Notes: a model not told the origin generated them from the letters alone. A stretch of DNA of 64,000 nucleotides from an uncultured cyanobacterium (GCA_963706595.1 OY970166.1:2656001-2720000); one strand, 5' to 3'. Shown: positions 1 to 11,875, numbered from the stretch's first letter. Made by a program: numbers and translations.

Positions 1-347
1 CCTTTATTGGAATCGTGGGGATCTGGGTCAGTATCAGAATGTACGTGATGAATGCGATGTGTCCCGATCCACTCAATTGGTCCACCTTGACAGGCCAAAG
101 TCCCGCAAAAGACTAAGAAATATTCCAGCCATTTGGGAGTTTGAAAACTGCGGTGAGTTACCAGACGGTGAAATCCCAGGGTAATCCCCAGTCCACCGGT
201 GATCCAGTAAAGCAATAAAGCTACACCAACGGCATTCCAGCTAAAGTTACCGGGAAGAAAAGCGAACAAAGCGCCGATGTGCAGGGCTAGGAAAAACAGG
301 GTATTTACCCAGTTAATTTGAAGTTTCGTTGAAGTAGCAATTGTCAT
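1..347 (-). CDS. desC: Acyl-lipid delta-9 desaturase (5' part, runs off window start)
   Basis: Manual minus-strand translation MTIATSTKLQINWVNTLFFLALH...GITLGFHRLVTHRSF...WIGTHRIHHVHSDTDPDPHDSNK shows the desaturase His boxes; not in the ORF track. Confidence 0.9.
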   Translation of the reverse strand, partial: MTIATSTKLQINWVNTLFFLALHIGALFAFLPGNFSWNAVGVALLLYWITGGLGITLGFHRLVTHRSFQTPKWLEYFLVFCGTLACQGGPIEWIGTHRIHHVHSDTDPDPHDSNK

Positions 348-431
348 GCAATAACCCGATTGAAATTGTCTAACCTAATCTGCGGGGTTTGAAAATCCGC
401 ATATCTATAATTTTTTCTAAAAGAGGAACTA

Positions 432-1665
432 ATGAACAGCTTAGAACAGCTGCGGCAAGCAGAACAGGCACTAATAGAGATTTTTTCTGGAATTGATGCT
501 CAGGTCAAGCATAATCTCAAACGTGTCCTAGATGCCTTTCGTAATCACCGTGTAGGCGCACACCATTTTGCTGGTGTTAGTGGCTATGGTCACGATGATT
601 TAGGACGAGAAACTTTAGATAAAGTTTTTGCCGAAGTTATGGGCGCTGAAGCTGCGGCCGTGCGGGTGCAGTTCGTTTCTGGAACTCATGCGATCGCTTG
701 CGGCTTATTTGGTGTTCTCCGTCCTGGAGATGAAATGTTAGCAGTGGTCGGTTCTCCCTACGATACGCTCGAAGAAGTCATTGGTTTACGGGGTAAAGGC
801 CAAGGCTCCCTTATTGAGTTTGGCATAAATTACCGCCAATTGGAGCTAACCCCCCAAGGAACTATAGATTGGGAAACTTTAAGTCATAGTGTGGCTGACC
901 ATACGCGTTTAGTATTAATTCAACGCTCTTGTGGTTATTCCTGGCGACCGAGTTTATCAATAGCCGATATCGAAAAAATCGTTCATTTAGTTAAACAGCA
1001 AAATCCCAACACCGTCTGTTTTGTCGATAACTGTTACGGCGAATTCATTGAAACCAGAGAACCTACAGATGTGGGTGTGGATTTAATGGCGGGGTCATTA
1101 ATTAAAAATCCTGGGGGAACGATTGTCACAGCTGGCGGTTATGTTGCTGGTCGGGCTGACTTAGTAGAAGCAGCAGCTTGTCGTTTAACTGCGCCGGGGA
1201 TTGGTAGTTATGGTGGGGCGACCTTTGACCAAAATCGGTTGTTATTCCAAGGGTTATTTTTAGCTCCCCAGATGGTCGGGGAGGCGATGAAAGGGACTCA
1301 CTTAACTGGTTATGTGTTTGATAAATTGGGTTATCCCGTAAATCCCGCACCCCTTGCGCCTCGTGGGGATGTGATTCAGGCGATTAAATTAGGTTCTGCT
1401 GCCAAGTTAATTGCTTTCTGTAAGGCGATTCAGCAGCATTCACCTGTGGGTTCTTATCTCGAACCTATTCCCGATGAAATACCGGGGTATGAGAGCCAGG
1501 TGGTGATGGCTGGGGGGACGTTTATTGAGGGGAGTACTTTGGAGTTTTCGGCGGATCGGACCTTTAAGAGAGCCTTATGTGGTTTATTGTCAGGGGGGGA
1601 CTCATTGGACTCATGTGGCGATCGCATTAGAAGCGGCGATGGATGCTGTGGGTTTTAAGAGTTAA
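432..1665 (+). CDS. Methionine gamma-lyase / aluminium-resistance (YnbB-like) PLP enzyme; +1 frameshift near 1557
   Basis: SGTHAI, VDNCYGEF and GSLIKNPGG motifs; the conserved tail GPLREPYVVYCQGGTHWTH continues in another frame to TAA at 1665. Confidence 0.85.
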
Positions 1666-1739
1666 GATTATTTCACGCAAAGACGCAAAGAACCCCTTTC
1701 AACTCTTTCCTTTGCGCCTTTGCGCCTTTGCGTGAGCCA

Positions 1740-2933
1740 TCAATCCGGTAACTTATACTGTCCCACAATCCTCTTAGCAAACTCCGGCACATGAGCCGCC
1801 AACTTCTCAGGATAATTCCGCTTCACATACAAATAATTCCGCGTAAAATGCGAATCAATGGAAAACCGCGCATACTCTAGCCCTTTCGGTCCAATTTTTT
1901 CAATCACCACACCCATCAATTTCGCCGCCCACATCGGTAGAGTCACGCCCTTATCGTAAGCAGGAATACTCTGTTGCACAGCTTCCTTCCTGTTCCCTTG
2001 AGACATCACCGGCTGAGTGTCTAATTGGTCTTGCACCAAGTCCAGCATTTCTTTACCTGTATCATTTCTGACTACAATCCACTGCCAGCCGAAGGGTGCG
2101 CCCATATAACCCACAACTAAATCAGCCAGGGAATTAACGTAATCAAAGCAAGTCATACAGGAAGGTGCAAAAACATCTTTGAGTTTGTTGGTCTTCAAAC
2201 CAAAGAATGGCACGGTTTCTGTGGAACCATCCTCATGTTTGAAGTGAACTCGGAAGTCTTGCATAAATTCATAATGCACCACTGTTTCAGGTGAACGGCT
2301 GGTGGTTTCTAAGAATGTTTGCAGTCCGGCGCGGGTAACGTTATCTACACAAGGTGTACCCAATACATATAATTTTTCTAAGCCTAGTTCTTTTTCTACG
2401 GCTCTCAGGGCTTGAATTTGGCAACCTACACCAATGACTAATAACCGTTTCATCCCCGATTTTTCTATTTGTTCTAAAACAGAAAGGTTGGGTGATAATG
2501 TGGGTTTATTTACTCTAGCTGCCAGTATTTCTTCTGGGGTACGGGCGATCACAGGCATGGGTTGAAAGCGGTCTTCTTTGGTGTTTTGGACACAGACAAC
2601 ACCTTCAACTAAGCCGCGATTCAGCATTTCAATGGCAATGCTACTGACAATACCTGTCCATTGTGCGCCTTCGATGGGCTGCTGTTTGCGGGCGGCGATC
2701 ATGTCTTGATGAACACCAAAGTATAGTTCATTTTCATTATCTAGGTTGCGCGATCGCTTGTGGGTTTCTTCTTCGAGTCCCCCTATCTGCTGATTAATAA
2801 AAGCGCAGGCTTCCTTGACATAATGAATATAGTATGTATCACACAGTCCGCACTCGCTACAGAGTTCTTTCGCCGGGCGGCGACTAGTAGATTTGAGGGC
2901 TTTGGCTTTTTTGTGAGGAGAAACTGAAGTCAT
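1740..2933 (-). CDS. bciB: F420 hydrogenase beta-subunit family protein; likely ferredoxin-dependent divinyl chlorophyllide 8-vinyl reductase
   Basis: CSECGLC, GAQWTG, GVGCQ, GTPCVDN and SCMTCFDY motifs of the cyanobacterial BciB/CvrA family. Confidence 0.8.
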   Translation of the reverse strand: MTSVSPHKKAKALKSTSRRPAKELCSECGLCDTYYIHYVKEACAFINQQIGGLEEETHKRSRNLDNENELYFGVHQDMIAARKQQPIEGAQWTGIVSSIAIEMLNRGLVEGVVCVQNTKEDRFQPMPVIARTPEEILAARVNKPTLSPNLSVLEQIEKSGMKRLLVIGVGCQIQALRAVEKELGLEKLYVLGTPCVDNVTRAGLQTFLETTSRSPETVVHYEFMQDFRVHFKHEDGSTETVPFFGLKTNKLKDVFAPSCMTCFDYVNSLADLVVGYMGAPFGWQWIVVRNDTGKEMLDLVQDQLDTQPVMSQGNRKEAVQQSIPAYDKGVTLPMWAAKLMGVVIEKIGPKGLEYARFSIDSHFTRNYLYVKRNYPEKLAAHVPEFAKRIVGQYKLPD

Positions 2934-3108
2934 ATTAAACGCAATTTTTTATCTCAAAACTTAAGATAGCGGAATGCTGTATTTTACACAAAATTTCAGA
3001 GCAATTCTACACGTCTACCATCAGGGAACCTTTACGCTAAGTGCCAATTCATTCAATACTGACAACTACAGCACGAACCAGTCTAATAATTTACTTCAGG
3101 ATGAAATT

Positions 3109-3732
3109 ATGAAAAAACAAGTGATTACAAAATTTGGACTTTTTATTACCTTGGCTTTCATCTCAATTTTGGCTGGTTGTGACACAAACGCACAAACTGA
3201 ACAATCACCACCTATCTCAGATGCTTCCACTGAACAAGCAAAGCCTGTTTCAGAAGTTCCTGCTGAACAAGCAAAGCCTGTCTCAGATCCTCCTGACTGT
3301 GAAAATGGTTGTCAGAAACTAGCAACAGACACCAGCTTTAGTCAATCATCAATTCAGCCTGAAGTTTTTGCTAACCTGCCAAAATGGAACAATATCTGTG
3401 AACAAACTAACCAAAATACTTATTGTTCTATTCTGAAACCTTATCAATTTGCTAATGGCATAGTTTATCTAAAAGTCTCTGGTACAGAATCTTTTATCAC
3501 TGATATTCAGTTTACATCCAGTATTGAACAAGATCAAGCTATGAGTATTGCTAAAGCTGCCCTCAACAGTCAACAGCCTTTTGAAAAAACCGAAAAAACC
3601 CCAGATAAAATAATTTTGTATAGCAATCCTTTTGAACGAGGGAATGATACTGATTATTTAGAAGTAACTCATTTAAATTTAAATTCTGAAAACCAAGTTC
3701 CTCAGATTACTTCCTATTCTACAACTCCTTAA
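3109..3732 (+). CDS. Hypothetical lipoprotein
   Basis: MKKQ plus hydrophobic stretch and lipobox LAGC; internal 33-bp duplication (EQAKPVS x2). Confidence 0.7.
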   Translation: MKKQVITKFGLFITLAFISILAGCDTNAQTEQSPPISDASTEQAKPVSEVPAEQAKPVSDPPDCENGCQKLATDTSFSQSSIQPEVFANLPKWNNICEQTNQNTYCSILKPYQFANGIVYLKVSGTESFITDIQFTSSIEQDQAMSIAKAALNSQQPFEKTEKTPDKIILYSNPFERGNDTDYLEVTHLNLNSENQVPQITSYSTTP

Positions 3733-3745
3733 ATAAAATACATAA

Positions 3746-3785
3746 CCTCACCCCCAACCCCTCTCCTTACTAAGGAGAGGGGAGA
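3746..3785. repeat. REP-like hairpin (CCTCACCCCCAACCCCTCTCCTTACTAAGGAGAGGGG)
   Basis: Near-identical inverted copy at ~38344-38386; stem CCCCTCTCCTT/AAGGAGAGGGG. Confidence 0.75.
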
Positions 3786-4688
3786 AATTCATCTTCCTCA
3801 ACCATCAAATAACTGTATCTGAGAATTCCCATTTCTTCCTCTGTGTACTCTGCGCCTCTGTGGTTCGTTATCAAAGAAAAAGTCGATAAATAACAAGCTG
3901 ATTTGTGATTTACCTAGTGTGTTTGCAACCTGACTCCAGTTCATTCTAAATTGTGATAAAATACTCAATTTTACGGGAATACATTCACAATTTTTTAATT
4001 CTAATTATTAAGGTTTTGTGATTGGCTCAATAATTACTTTATATTGGTGTAGTAATTTTCTGGTGTCTTGCGGAAAACCTGCGTCTGCTTTAAGTTATGT
4101 GCCGTATATATTTTTCGACTGTACTCCCAAAAATTCACCTGATTATTGGTAATTTAGGTAAAATATGCACCTCCTGAGAAGTATTGACATCTAAAATTGT
4201 TGAGCTTTTATATTGCATATTCTGAGAAAACATTATAAATTATGAAATTATAGGGGAATAATCTAATTTACCGCCTCAAAAATAAATTTTGATTAAGTAA
4301 ATCTACCAGACACAGTTAAAACTGCACACACCTTAAGTAATACCGGAGATATATTCTTGTTTGGTCAAGTCAGGTTACGGATGTACAGACAAGACACAGA
4401 ATCATCTGGGAATATATATGGTGTCGCTGTTTTGAGGAGTAATGAAATTGCTTGAATCCAAAAATACTGAGCTACGATTCACAAAGAAGTCACAAAGAAG
4501 ATAATTAAAAATCAATTAATTCTAGATTAAGTTGCGGAGAAATCGGTAGCTTAAGTTATTATTTATAAGTTATTTTTTCAAAGCAATTTGCTATTCAAAA
4601 CATAGTTTTTGTTATGCTAAAAATAGCATAAATAGTCAATGAAGGCGCATCTACTAAAAAATCACCCCCTGAATGGAGTTACCTAGCG

Positions 4689-6137
4689 ATGCCAATAAAT
4701 GAAGTCCTAACAGATGAAAATATAGAAGAACAAGCATGGCGAGCGTTAGAGAAGTCAATTCTCTATTATCAAGGTCGCCCCATTGGGACTGTAGCCGCTT
4801 ATGATGCATCTGTAGAAGCACTAAATTATGACCAGTGCTTTGTCCGGGATTTTGTTTCTTCAGCGTTAATTTTTCTGATCAAAGGTAGAACAGATATTGT
4901 TCGTAATTTCCTGGAAGAAACATTAAAGTTACAGCCTAAAGAAAGGGAATTAGATGCTTATAAGCCTGGGCGTGGGTTAATTCCAGCTAGCTTTAAAGTT
5001 GTAGTAGAAAATGGAGAGGAACATTTAGAAGCTGATTTTGGGGAACACGCGATCGCTAGAGTCACTCCAGTAGATTCTTGTCTCTGGTGGATTATTTTGT
5101 TACGTGCTTATGTAGTCGCTACAAAGGATTATTCCATCGCCTATCAACCTGAGTTCCAGAAAGGTATCCGGTTAATTATCGAAATCTGCTTGGCTAATCG
5201 CTTTGATATGTACCCGACGCTGTTGGTTCCCGATGGCGCTTGTATGATTGACCGTCGGATGGGTATCTATGGTCATCCTCTAGAACTTCAGGTTTTATTT
5301 TATGCGGCTTTGCGTGGGGCGCGTGAGATGCTGGTTTGTAAAGGTAATCAAGATTTAGTCGCAGCAATTGATAACCGCTTACCACTTTTGTGCGCTCATG
5401 TTCGCCAGCATTATTGGATAGATATTAATCGCCTCAATGCAATTTATCGCTTCAGGAGTGAAGAATATGGCAAAGGCGCAGTGAATCTATTTAATATCTA
5501 TGTAGACTCTCTTCCCTATTACGAATTAGACAAATGGCTACCGAGAAAAGGTGGTTATTTAGCTGGTAATGTTGGTCCATCGCAGTTAGACACGCGTTTC
5601 TTTGCACTGGGTAACTTGATGGCAATTATTTCCGATTTAGCCACCGAAGAACAGTCACAAGCCATTATGACTTTGATTGAAGAACGTTGGGACGATTTGG
5701 TGGGAGATATGCCGATGAAAATCTGTTTCCCAGCTTTAGAAAGCGAAGAATACAGAATTGTTACAGGATGTGATCCTAAAAATATCCCTTGGTCATATCA
5801 TAATGCTGGAAGTTGGCCGGTATTAATGTGGATGTTCGCCGCAGCAGCTGTAAAAACCAATAAAACTGGTTTAGCCAGAAGGACTATTGAAATTGCCAAA
5901 GCCAGATTGAGTGAAGATGAATGGCCAGAGTATTATGACGGTAAGAAAGGGCGACTAATTGGCAAACAAGCCAGGAAATATCAAACTTGGACAATTGCTG
6001 GGTTCTTGTTGGCAAAAGAACTCATGGATAATCCCAATTATTTACCGTTAGTGAGTTTTGATGAATTACCGCCTGAAGCAATTTCCCGCGCCTGTGAGTT
6101 TGAAATTGGCAGTGTAGAACCTTACATACCTCGATAG
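4689..6137 (+). CDS. invB: Alkaline/neutral invertase (GH100)
   Basis: [28 protein letters not shown] and WPEYYDG motifs; 482 aa. Confidence 0.9.
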   Translation: MPINEVLTDENIEEQAWRALEKSILYYQGRPIGTVAAYDASVEALNYDQCFVRDFVSSALIFLIKGRTDIVRNFLEETLKLQPKERELDAYKPGRGLIPASFKVVVENGEEHLEADFGEHAIARVTPVDSCLWWIILLRAYVVATKDYSIAYQPEFQKGIRLIIEICLANRFDMYPTLLVPDGACMIDRRMGIYGHPLELQVLFYAALRGAREMLVCKGNQDLVAAIDNRLPLLCAHVRQHYWIDINRLNAIYRFRSEEYGKGAVNLFNIYVDSLPYYELDKWLPRKGGYLAGNVGPSQLDTRFFALGNLMAIISDLATEEQSQAIMTLIEERWDDLVGDMPMKICFPALESEEYRIVTGCDPKNIPWSYHNAGSWPVLMWMFAAAAVKTNKTGLARRTIEIAKARLSEDEWPEYYDGKKGRLIGKQARKYQTWTIAGFLLAKELMDNPNYLPLVSFDELPPEAISRACEFEIGSVEPYIPR

Positions 6138-6233
6138 TAGATAGCACTAGGTTAATGATATCTAATATGTAGAAACTAAGTGCATTAATACTTCAGAGAA
6201 AGTGTGTAAACTGTCAAAAATAAACATTATTTT

Positions 6234-6264
6234 AAAGCCCCTGTGTAGTTCTATGGGGCTTTTA
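6234..6264 (+). terminator. Probable intrinsic terminator between the two invertase genes
   Basis: AAAGCCCC...GGGGCTTTT stem followed by a T-rich tail. Confidence 0.6.
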
Positions 6265-6547
6265 TTATTCTCTAAATTGCTCTGAGTGATCACTTTTAAA
6301 ATAGAGCGTATGTGACAATGAGGTAAATGAGTAACTTGGGTTATCCTGAGAGTATGGACGGTAGAATATCGCCCTAGATACTATGCGGGCAGGATGGCGA
6401 CTCCAGAAAATTTATAAGCTGAAGATGGGTACTTGATTTACTTGCAAAGTGCTGTATCCATTACCATACTAAAAAGTATTGAAAATCAAGAGTTAAACTC
6501 TGGTTTTTCTCTAGGTAAAATCCCCTCAAATTGGAGTGTTTCTCGGA

Positions 6548-7963
6548 ATGGAAAGAGAGGAAGTAGTCATAGCTGATGATTTAGAGAAACAGGCTTGGGA
6601 AATTTTACAAAAGTCGATTCTTTACTACCAAGGTCGTCCTGTAGGTACAATGACTACCTATGATTCTTCGCTAAAAGCGTTAAATCATGACCATTGTTTT
6701 ATCAGGGATTTTGTGCCGTCAGCATTACTGTTTTTAATTAAAGGTAAATATGATATTGTCCGTAATTTTCTAGAAGAAACTTTAAAGTTACAACCTAAAA
6801 AAGGTTTATTTGATGCTTATATACCTGGGCAGGGTTTGATACCAGCCAGCTTCAAAGTTGTATCAAAAGATGGGGAAGAATATTTAGAAGCGGATTTTGG
6901 TGAACAAGCGATCGCCAGAGTTACACCTGTTGATTCTTGTCTGTGGTGGATTATAATACTATATGCTTATGTCAAAGCTACAAAAGATATAAGTTTCGCC
7001 TTGCAGCCAGAATTTCAGCAGGGAATTACGTTAATCATGGAACTCTGCTTGGCGACACGGTTTGATATGTACCCCACGCTGTTAGTTCCAGATGGCGCTT
7101 GTATGATTTATCGGCGTATGGGTATCTATGGATATCCTTTGGAAATTCAAGCTTTATTTTATTCGGCGTTGCATTCGGCGCGGAAGTTGCTGATTTGTGC
7201 AGGTGATGAAGAGATTGTCGTCGGGATTGATAACCGCTTACCTCTATTAAGAGATCATATTCGTCATCACTATTGGATTGATATGAAGCGATTGAATGTA
7301 ATTTATCGCTTTAAAGGTGAAGAATACGGAGAGTCAGCAGTCAATCAATTTAATATATATCCTGATTCCATTCCCTATGCTAATTTAGCTATGTGGTTGC
7401 CTAAACACGGTGGTTACTTAGCAGGTAATGTTGGACCATCGCAACTAGATACACGTTTTTTTGCATTGGGAAATATGATGGCGATTATTTCCTCTCTTAC
7501 CAGTGAACAGCAATCTCAAGCCATTATGAATCTCATTGAAGAACAGTGGGATGATTTGGTGGGAGAAATGCCGATGAAAATCTGTTTCCCGGCTGTAGAA
7601 AAGGATGAATACAGAATTTTTACCGGATGTGACCCCAGAAATGTCCCTTGGTCATACCATAATGGTGGTAGTTGGCCGGTATTATTGTGGTCGTTAATTG
7701 CTGCGGCTCAAAAAACAGGTAGAACGGATATTGCTAACCGCGCGTTGGAAATTGCCGAAACACGTCTGAGTCAAGATAATTGGCCGGAATATTACGATGG
7801 TACACGGGGGCTGTTAATTGGTAAGCAAGCGAGAAGATATCAAACCTGGACAATTTCCGGCTTTCTATTGGCAAAAGAATTGATGCGAAATTCGGCGCAT
7901 TTAGGATTAATTAGTTTTGCACAATTTGATTTAGAGAATGCTTCCCAGTCTTGTGAATTGTAA
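6548..7963 (+). CDS. Second GH100 invertase paralog, with the catalytic Asp position occupied by Tyr
   Basis: Collinear with the upstream gene; MIYRRMG and LNHDH replace MIDRRMG and LNYDQ. Confidence 0.85.
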   Translation: MEREEVVIADDLEKQAWEILQKSILYYQGRPVGTMTTYDSSLKALNHDHCFIRDFVPSALLFLIKGKYDIVRNFLEETLKLQPKKGLFDAYIPGQGLIPASFKVVSKDGEEYLEADFGEQAIARVTPVDSCLWWIIILYAYVKATKDISFALQPEFQQGITLIMELCLATRFDMYPTLLVPDGACMIYRRMGIYGYPLEIQALFYSALHSARKLLICAGDEEIVVGIDNRLPLLRDHIRHHYWIDMKRLNVIYRFKGEEYGESAVNQFNIYPDSIPYANLAMWLPKHGGYLAGNVGPSQLDTRFFALGNMMAIISSLTSEQQSQAIMNLIEEQWDDLVGEMPMKICFPAVEKDEYRIFTGCDPRNVPWSYHNGGSWPVLLWSLIAAAQKTGRTDIANRALEIAETRLSQDNWPEYYDGTRGLLIGKQARRYQTWTISGFLLAKELMRNSAHLGLISFAQFDLENASQSCEL

Positions 7964-8330
7964 ATTGTTGTTTCTGTTGGTTGTGGTGCAAAGGTGCGGG
8001 AACGAGCAAACATTGGCGTTGCTGATTGAAAGTATGAATTATTCTCACGCATCAGCGTATCGCTAATGCGGAGCGTGCCGTAGGCTCTAGTATGAAGTAT
8101 GTTAGGCGCAAAAAATTCTTGTTTATTCAGATTAAAAAAGTTCAATTCAATTTTAGTATTCCCCAATTCAGCCAGAAATTAACATTGAATTGAGTGAGTA
8201 GGCGATCGCACTTTTCAAGGGATATGGAAAAACCAACACGAAACCTAACCCCCTAGCCTTGTCGGTGAGATGAATGAAGCGAGGTTTTGCAGATACTGTG
8301 AAAAGTCAGGCGATCGCATTCGTTCAGATA

Positions 8331-8834
8331 TCAAAACTTAGCTAAATTAAACACAAAATTTGTTTGTGTATCCAATAAATTACCGGATATTTTGCTCCCA
8401 CAGTTTTGGAAATTTCCTTGCAGTGTCGCTACTTTTTTCTGGATTTTCAAATTGTTCTGTAATTTTGACTCCCATAATTGCAGAGTTACAGTATTACCTT
8501 GCACCGAAGCTATTGCTTTTCCCTGATTCAAATTTCCAGATGAGCCAAGAAATTTCCAATTTCCCTGTGGAGTGGCTTTTCCCGAAGCAATACTGATCTC
8601 TACAGAAGTTGTAGCATCATCACCATTTGCAACTATAATACCTTTCCAGTTACCGATAATTGATGCTTTACTACATAGCTGAGGCTGGAATTGAGGCTGC
8701 TGGTTAATTTGGCGGAAGTTTGTCTGTGCAGAAGCGGCGGAAATGTTACCCGAAAGTGCTAAACCAGTGGAGACAGATATTGTAGAAACTGTCATCATAG
8801 TAGCAAGAGCAATAGATTTTATAGAAAGTTTCAT
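8331..8834 (-). CDS. Hypothetical secreted protein
   Basis: Signal-peptide-like N-terminus ending ASA-Q; beta-rich mature part with two Cys. Confidence 0.65.
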   Translation of the reverse strand: MKLSIKSIALATMMTVSTISVSTGLALSGNISAASAQTNFRQINQQPQFQPQLCSKASIIGNWKGIIVANGDDATTSVEISIASGKATPQGNWKFLGSSGNLNQGKAIASVQGNTVTLQLWESKLQNNLKIQKKVATLQGNFQNCGSKISGNLLDTQTNFVFNLAKF

Positions 8835-9002
8835 GGTATTTTGTTTCTTTTAGTTAGTGTGGATAAAAGAAGTTTTTTATCTTCCTTCACTAACTCCATA
8901 GGTCTACCTCTAATTATTTATGCAGTTATAAATAGGCAAAAATTTTTGCTGATTTTTTCTCACCTCTGCATCCTCTGCGGTTCAAATCATCTACTATATT
9001 TC

Positions 9003-10352
9003 ATGACAAATCCCCGTCAAATAGCTTTTAATGCCTTGCGAGATGTTCACAAAGGAGCTTATGCTGATGTGGCTTTAAATAGAGGCCTGCAAAAAGTTAC
9101 CTTACCGAATCACGATCGCCGTTTACTGACAGAATTAGTATATGGCAGTGTCAGAAGACAACGCACCCTCGACGCACTTATAGACCAACTCGCCACTAAA
9201 AAATCTCACCAACAACCCAAAGACCTCCGCAGCATCCTACATCTGGGTTTATACCAACTGCGTTATCAAGAGCGTATCCCCGCTTCGGCGGCTGTGAACA
9301 CCACCGTCGAACTAGCTAAAGAAAATGGCTTTTCTGGTCTGACAGGTTTTGTGAATGGTCTATTGCGGCAATACATCCGGTTAGCGGAGAAATTATCAGA
9401 ACCTTTAAAGCTACCTGAGAATCCAGTGGAACGTTTGGGAATTTTACACAGTTTTCCTGATTGGATTATTCAGGTTTGGTTAGACCAATTGGATTTGGCT
9501 GAGACAGAAAATCTCTGTGATTGGATGAACCAAACACCGACAATTGATTTACGAATTAATCCCCTGCGGACTTCTATTGAGGAAGTTGAAACAACTTTAG
9601 AGTCGGCGGGAATTTTAACGCGGCGGGTTAACCATTGTCCCCAAGCTTTAAGATTAATTGGGAGTACCGGCGCAATTCAAAATCTGCCCGGATTTAACGA
9701 GGGTTGGTGGTCTGTACAAGATGCTAGCGCTCAACAGGTGGGTTATTTACTTAATCCCCAAACTGGTGAGGTGGTGATTGATGCTTGTGCTGCACCTGGG
9801 GGGAAAACTACCCATATTGCCGAGTTAATGGGGGATGAGGGGGAAATTTGGGCTTGCGATCGCACTGCGTCCCGATTGCGTAAACTGAAAGAAAATGCTC
9901 AACGGCTGCATTTACAATCTATTCAAATTTGCACAGGTGATAGCCGCAATTTACCGCAATTTTACAATACAGGCGATCGCCTCTTACTCGATGCTCCATG
10001 CTCTGGCTTGGGAACCCTACACCGCCACGCTGATGCACGTTGGCGACAAACACCGGAATCTGTGCAGGAACTTTCAATTTTGCAAACAGAACTCTTAGCA
10101 CATACATCTGAGTTTGTCAAGCCCGGAGGTACACTGATTTATGCCACCTGTACCCTACACCCAGCCGAAAATGAAGGTGTGATTTCGACATTTTTAATTA
10201 ATCATCCCCAATGGCAAATTCAGCCCCCAGAGGTAGATTCGCCGAATTATGCCTATTCCACACCCCAAGGCTGGCTTAAAGTCTGGCCTCATCGACAGAA
10301 CATGGATGGCTTTTTTATGGTGCGCTTAAGAAAAGCCAACGATTCCGAATGA
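9003..10352 (+). CDS. rsmB: 16S rRNA m5C967 methyltransferase
   Basis: NusB-like N-terminus; DACAAPGGKT, DAPCSG and YATCT motifs. Confidence 0.92.
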   Translation: MTNPRQIAFNALRDVHKGAYADVALNRGLQKVTLPNHDRRLLTELVYGSVRRQRTLDALIDQLATKKSHQQPKDLRSILHLGLYQLRYQERIPASAAVNTTVELAKENGFSGLTGFVNGLLRQYIRLAEKLSEPLKLPENPVERLGILHSFPDWIIQVWLDQLDLAETENLCDWMNQTPTIDLRINPLRTSIEEVETTLESAGILTRRVNHCPQALRLIGSTGAIQNLPGFNEGWWSVQDASAQQVGYLLNPQTGEVVIDACAAPGGKTTHIAELMGDEGEIWACDRTASRLRKLKENAQRLHLQSIQICTGDSRNLPQFYNTGDRLLLDAPCSGLGTLHRHADARWRQTPESVQELSILQTELLAHTSEFVKPGGTLIYATCTLHPAENEGVISTFLINHPQWQIQPPEVDSPNYAYSTPQGWLKVWPHRQNMDGFFMVRLRKANDSE

Positions 10353-10410
10353 ATACTGTTTGTGATTGTACTATTTTGTTGAAGCCCCGAATCTACCGGA
10401 AGAGGCAGCA

Positions 10411-10833
10411 ATGGTTACTGATTCCCATGTGAAAAACTTAGTTAAAATTTTGATAGGTGCGGCTTGGATTGATGGTAAAATCCAGCCTGAAGAACGGCAA
10501 TATTTGCGGGAAATAGCTCAAGCAAAGGGTTTGGCCACAGACCCAGAGATTAAGCCTTGGCTATACGAATTGGTTCCTGTGCGACCACAAGAATGTTATG
10601 CTTGGGTCGAAGAATATTTAGGCGATCGCCCCAGCCTGGAAGATTGCGAAAATCTCATCGAGGCTATTAGTGGATTAATTTACAGTGATGGCGAAGTAGC
10701 TGTAGAAGAAGCACGACTGCTGACCAAACTACAGAATTTAGCAAAGCTGAATGAATCTACTCAACCAGCTCACACAGGGTTGCTGAAGCAAATTCAACAG
10801 CTTTATCGTCGCTGGGTTGATGTCCAAAACTAA
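10411..10833 (+). CDS. TerB-family protein
   Basis: AAWIDGKIQPEE and SDGEVAVEE TerB-like motifs. Confidence 0.7.
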   Translation: MVTDSHVKNLVKILIGAAWIDGKIQPEERQYLREIAQAKGLATDPEIKPWLYELVPVRPQECYAWVEEYLGDRPSLEDCENLIEAISGLIYSDGEVAVEEARLLTKLQNLAKLNESTQPAHTGLLKQIQQLYRRWVDVQN

Positions 10834-10840
10834 CACCAGA

Positions 10841-11033
10841 GTTATCAGTTATCAGTTATTAGTTATCAGTCATCAGTCAAGAGAGATAACTGGGTTTAAG
10901 TCCCCCAGTATATCCGCGTTAACTGACAATTGAAAACTCATAACCCAAAGCCGATTATTGGTAGGCGTTGATGGCGGTTATAAATCCCCCACCTTATGCC
11001 TTGATAACTGTTAACTGTTCACTGTTTACTGAT
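10841..11033. repeat. STRR-bounded dispersed repeat element
   Basis: (TTATCAG)n at the left end, complementary (AACTGTT/CACTG) repeats at the right end, unique core between convergent genes. Confidence 0.55.
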
Positions 11034-11261
11034 TTAAGACTTCGGTTCACCCACCCCCGGAGTTTCTTCTTTTTCAACTTTTGGGACAAAATCAGGACGG
11101 TCTTTGCTTTCCCAGCCAGCAGGTCGTTTAGAGTTGTACCAAGCGATAGAACCAATGGTGACAGCAGCAATAAAGCCAACTACATATACCAAAGTAAAAG
11201 CTAAAGGAAAATGGGAACCTTTATCTACTACTTCAGCAGCCGTTTGCATCAATAAATTCAT
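11034..11261 (-). CDS. psb35: Photosystem II assembly protein Psb35-like (single TM)
   Basis: VYVVGFIAAVTIGSIAWYNSKRPAGWE motif. Confidence 0.7.
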   Translation of the reverse strand: MNLLMQTAAEVVDKGSHFPLAFTLVYVVGFIAAVTIGSIAWYNSKRPAGWESKDRPDFVPKVEKEETPGVGEPKS

Positions 11262-11461
11262 GAGTATATTATCCTATTGTGATCAACATTACTTAAGAGG
11301 CTATAGAAAGAGCGTATCACTTACATCCACCCCAAGTTTGAATGACTTGATGTCATCTGGGAGATATTGGCTTGAGAAAATAGACCTTCTTTGATGAACG
11401 AGACCGACACCAAAGCTAGAAATCATCCATAAAATAGAATAAATAGTCAATTACAGTCAAG

Positions 11462-11875
11462 ATGGCTCACTACCAAAAACTCCTAAAAATTTCTACTACC
11501 GGCAAAAATTTTCAGAATATCACTGCAAAAATTGCCGCCGCAGTTGCAGAGTCTGGGGTAGAAACTGGACTTTGTACCTTGTTTTTACGCCACACCTCCG
11601 CCAGTTTAGTCATACAAGAAAATGCTGACCCAGATGTACTGGTGGATTTAGCCAACTTTATGGCAAAATTAGTGCCAGAATCAGCCAAATATATCCACGA
11701 TGCCGAAGGTGCAGACGATATGCCAGCACATATACGCACAGCACTCACCCATACCTCAGAACATATTCCCATAAATCGTGGTCATTTAGTCCTGGGAACT
11801 TGGCAAGGTATTTATATTTGGGAACATCGTCAGCGTAGTCATACCAGAGAATTAGTTATCCATATTTCTGATTAG
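11462..11875 (+). CDS. YjbQ / UPF0047 family protein
   Basis: HTSASL, ENADPDV, DDMPAH and LGTWQGIY motifs. Confidence 0.9.
   Translation: MAHYQKLLKISTTGKNFQNITAKIAAAVAESGVETGLCTLFLRHTSASLVIQENADPDVLVDLANFMAKLVPESAKYIHDAEGADDMPAHIRTALTHTSEHIPINRGHLVLGTWQGIYIWEHRQRSHTRELVIHISD

Noticed and set aside
4330..4360. ACCGGA resembling the heterocyst DIF1 motif upstream of invB
   Set aside because: One mismatch in a hexamer and no convincing -10 element
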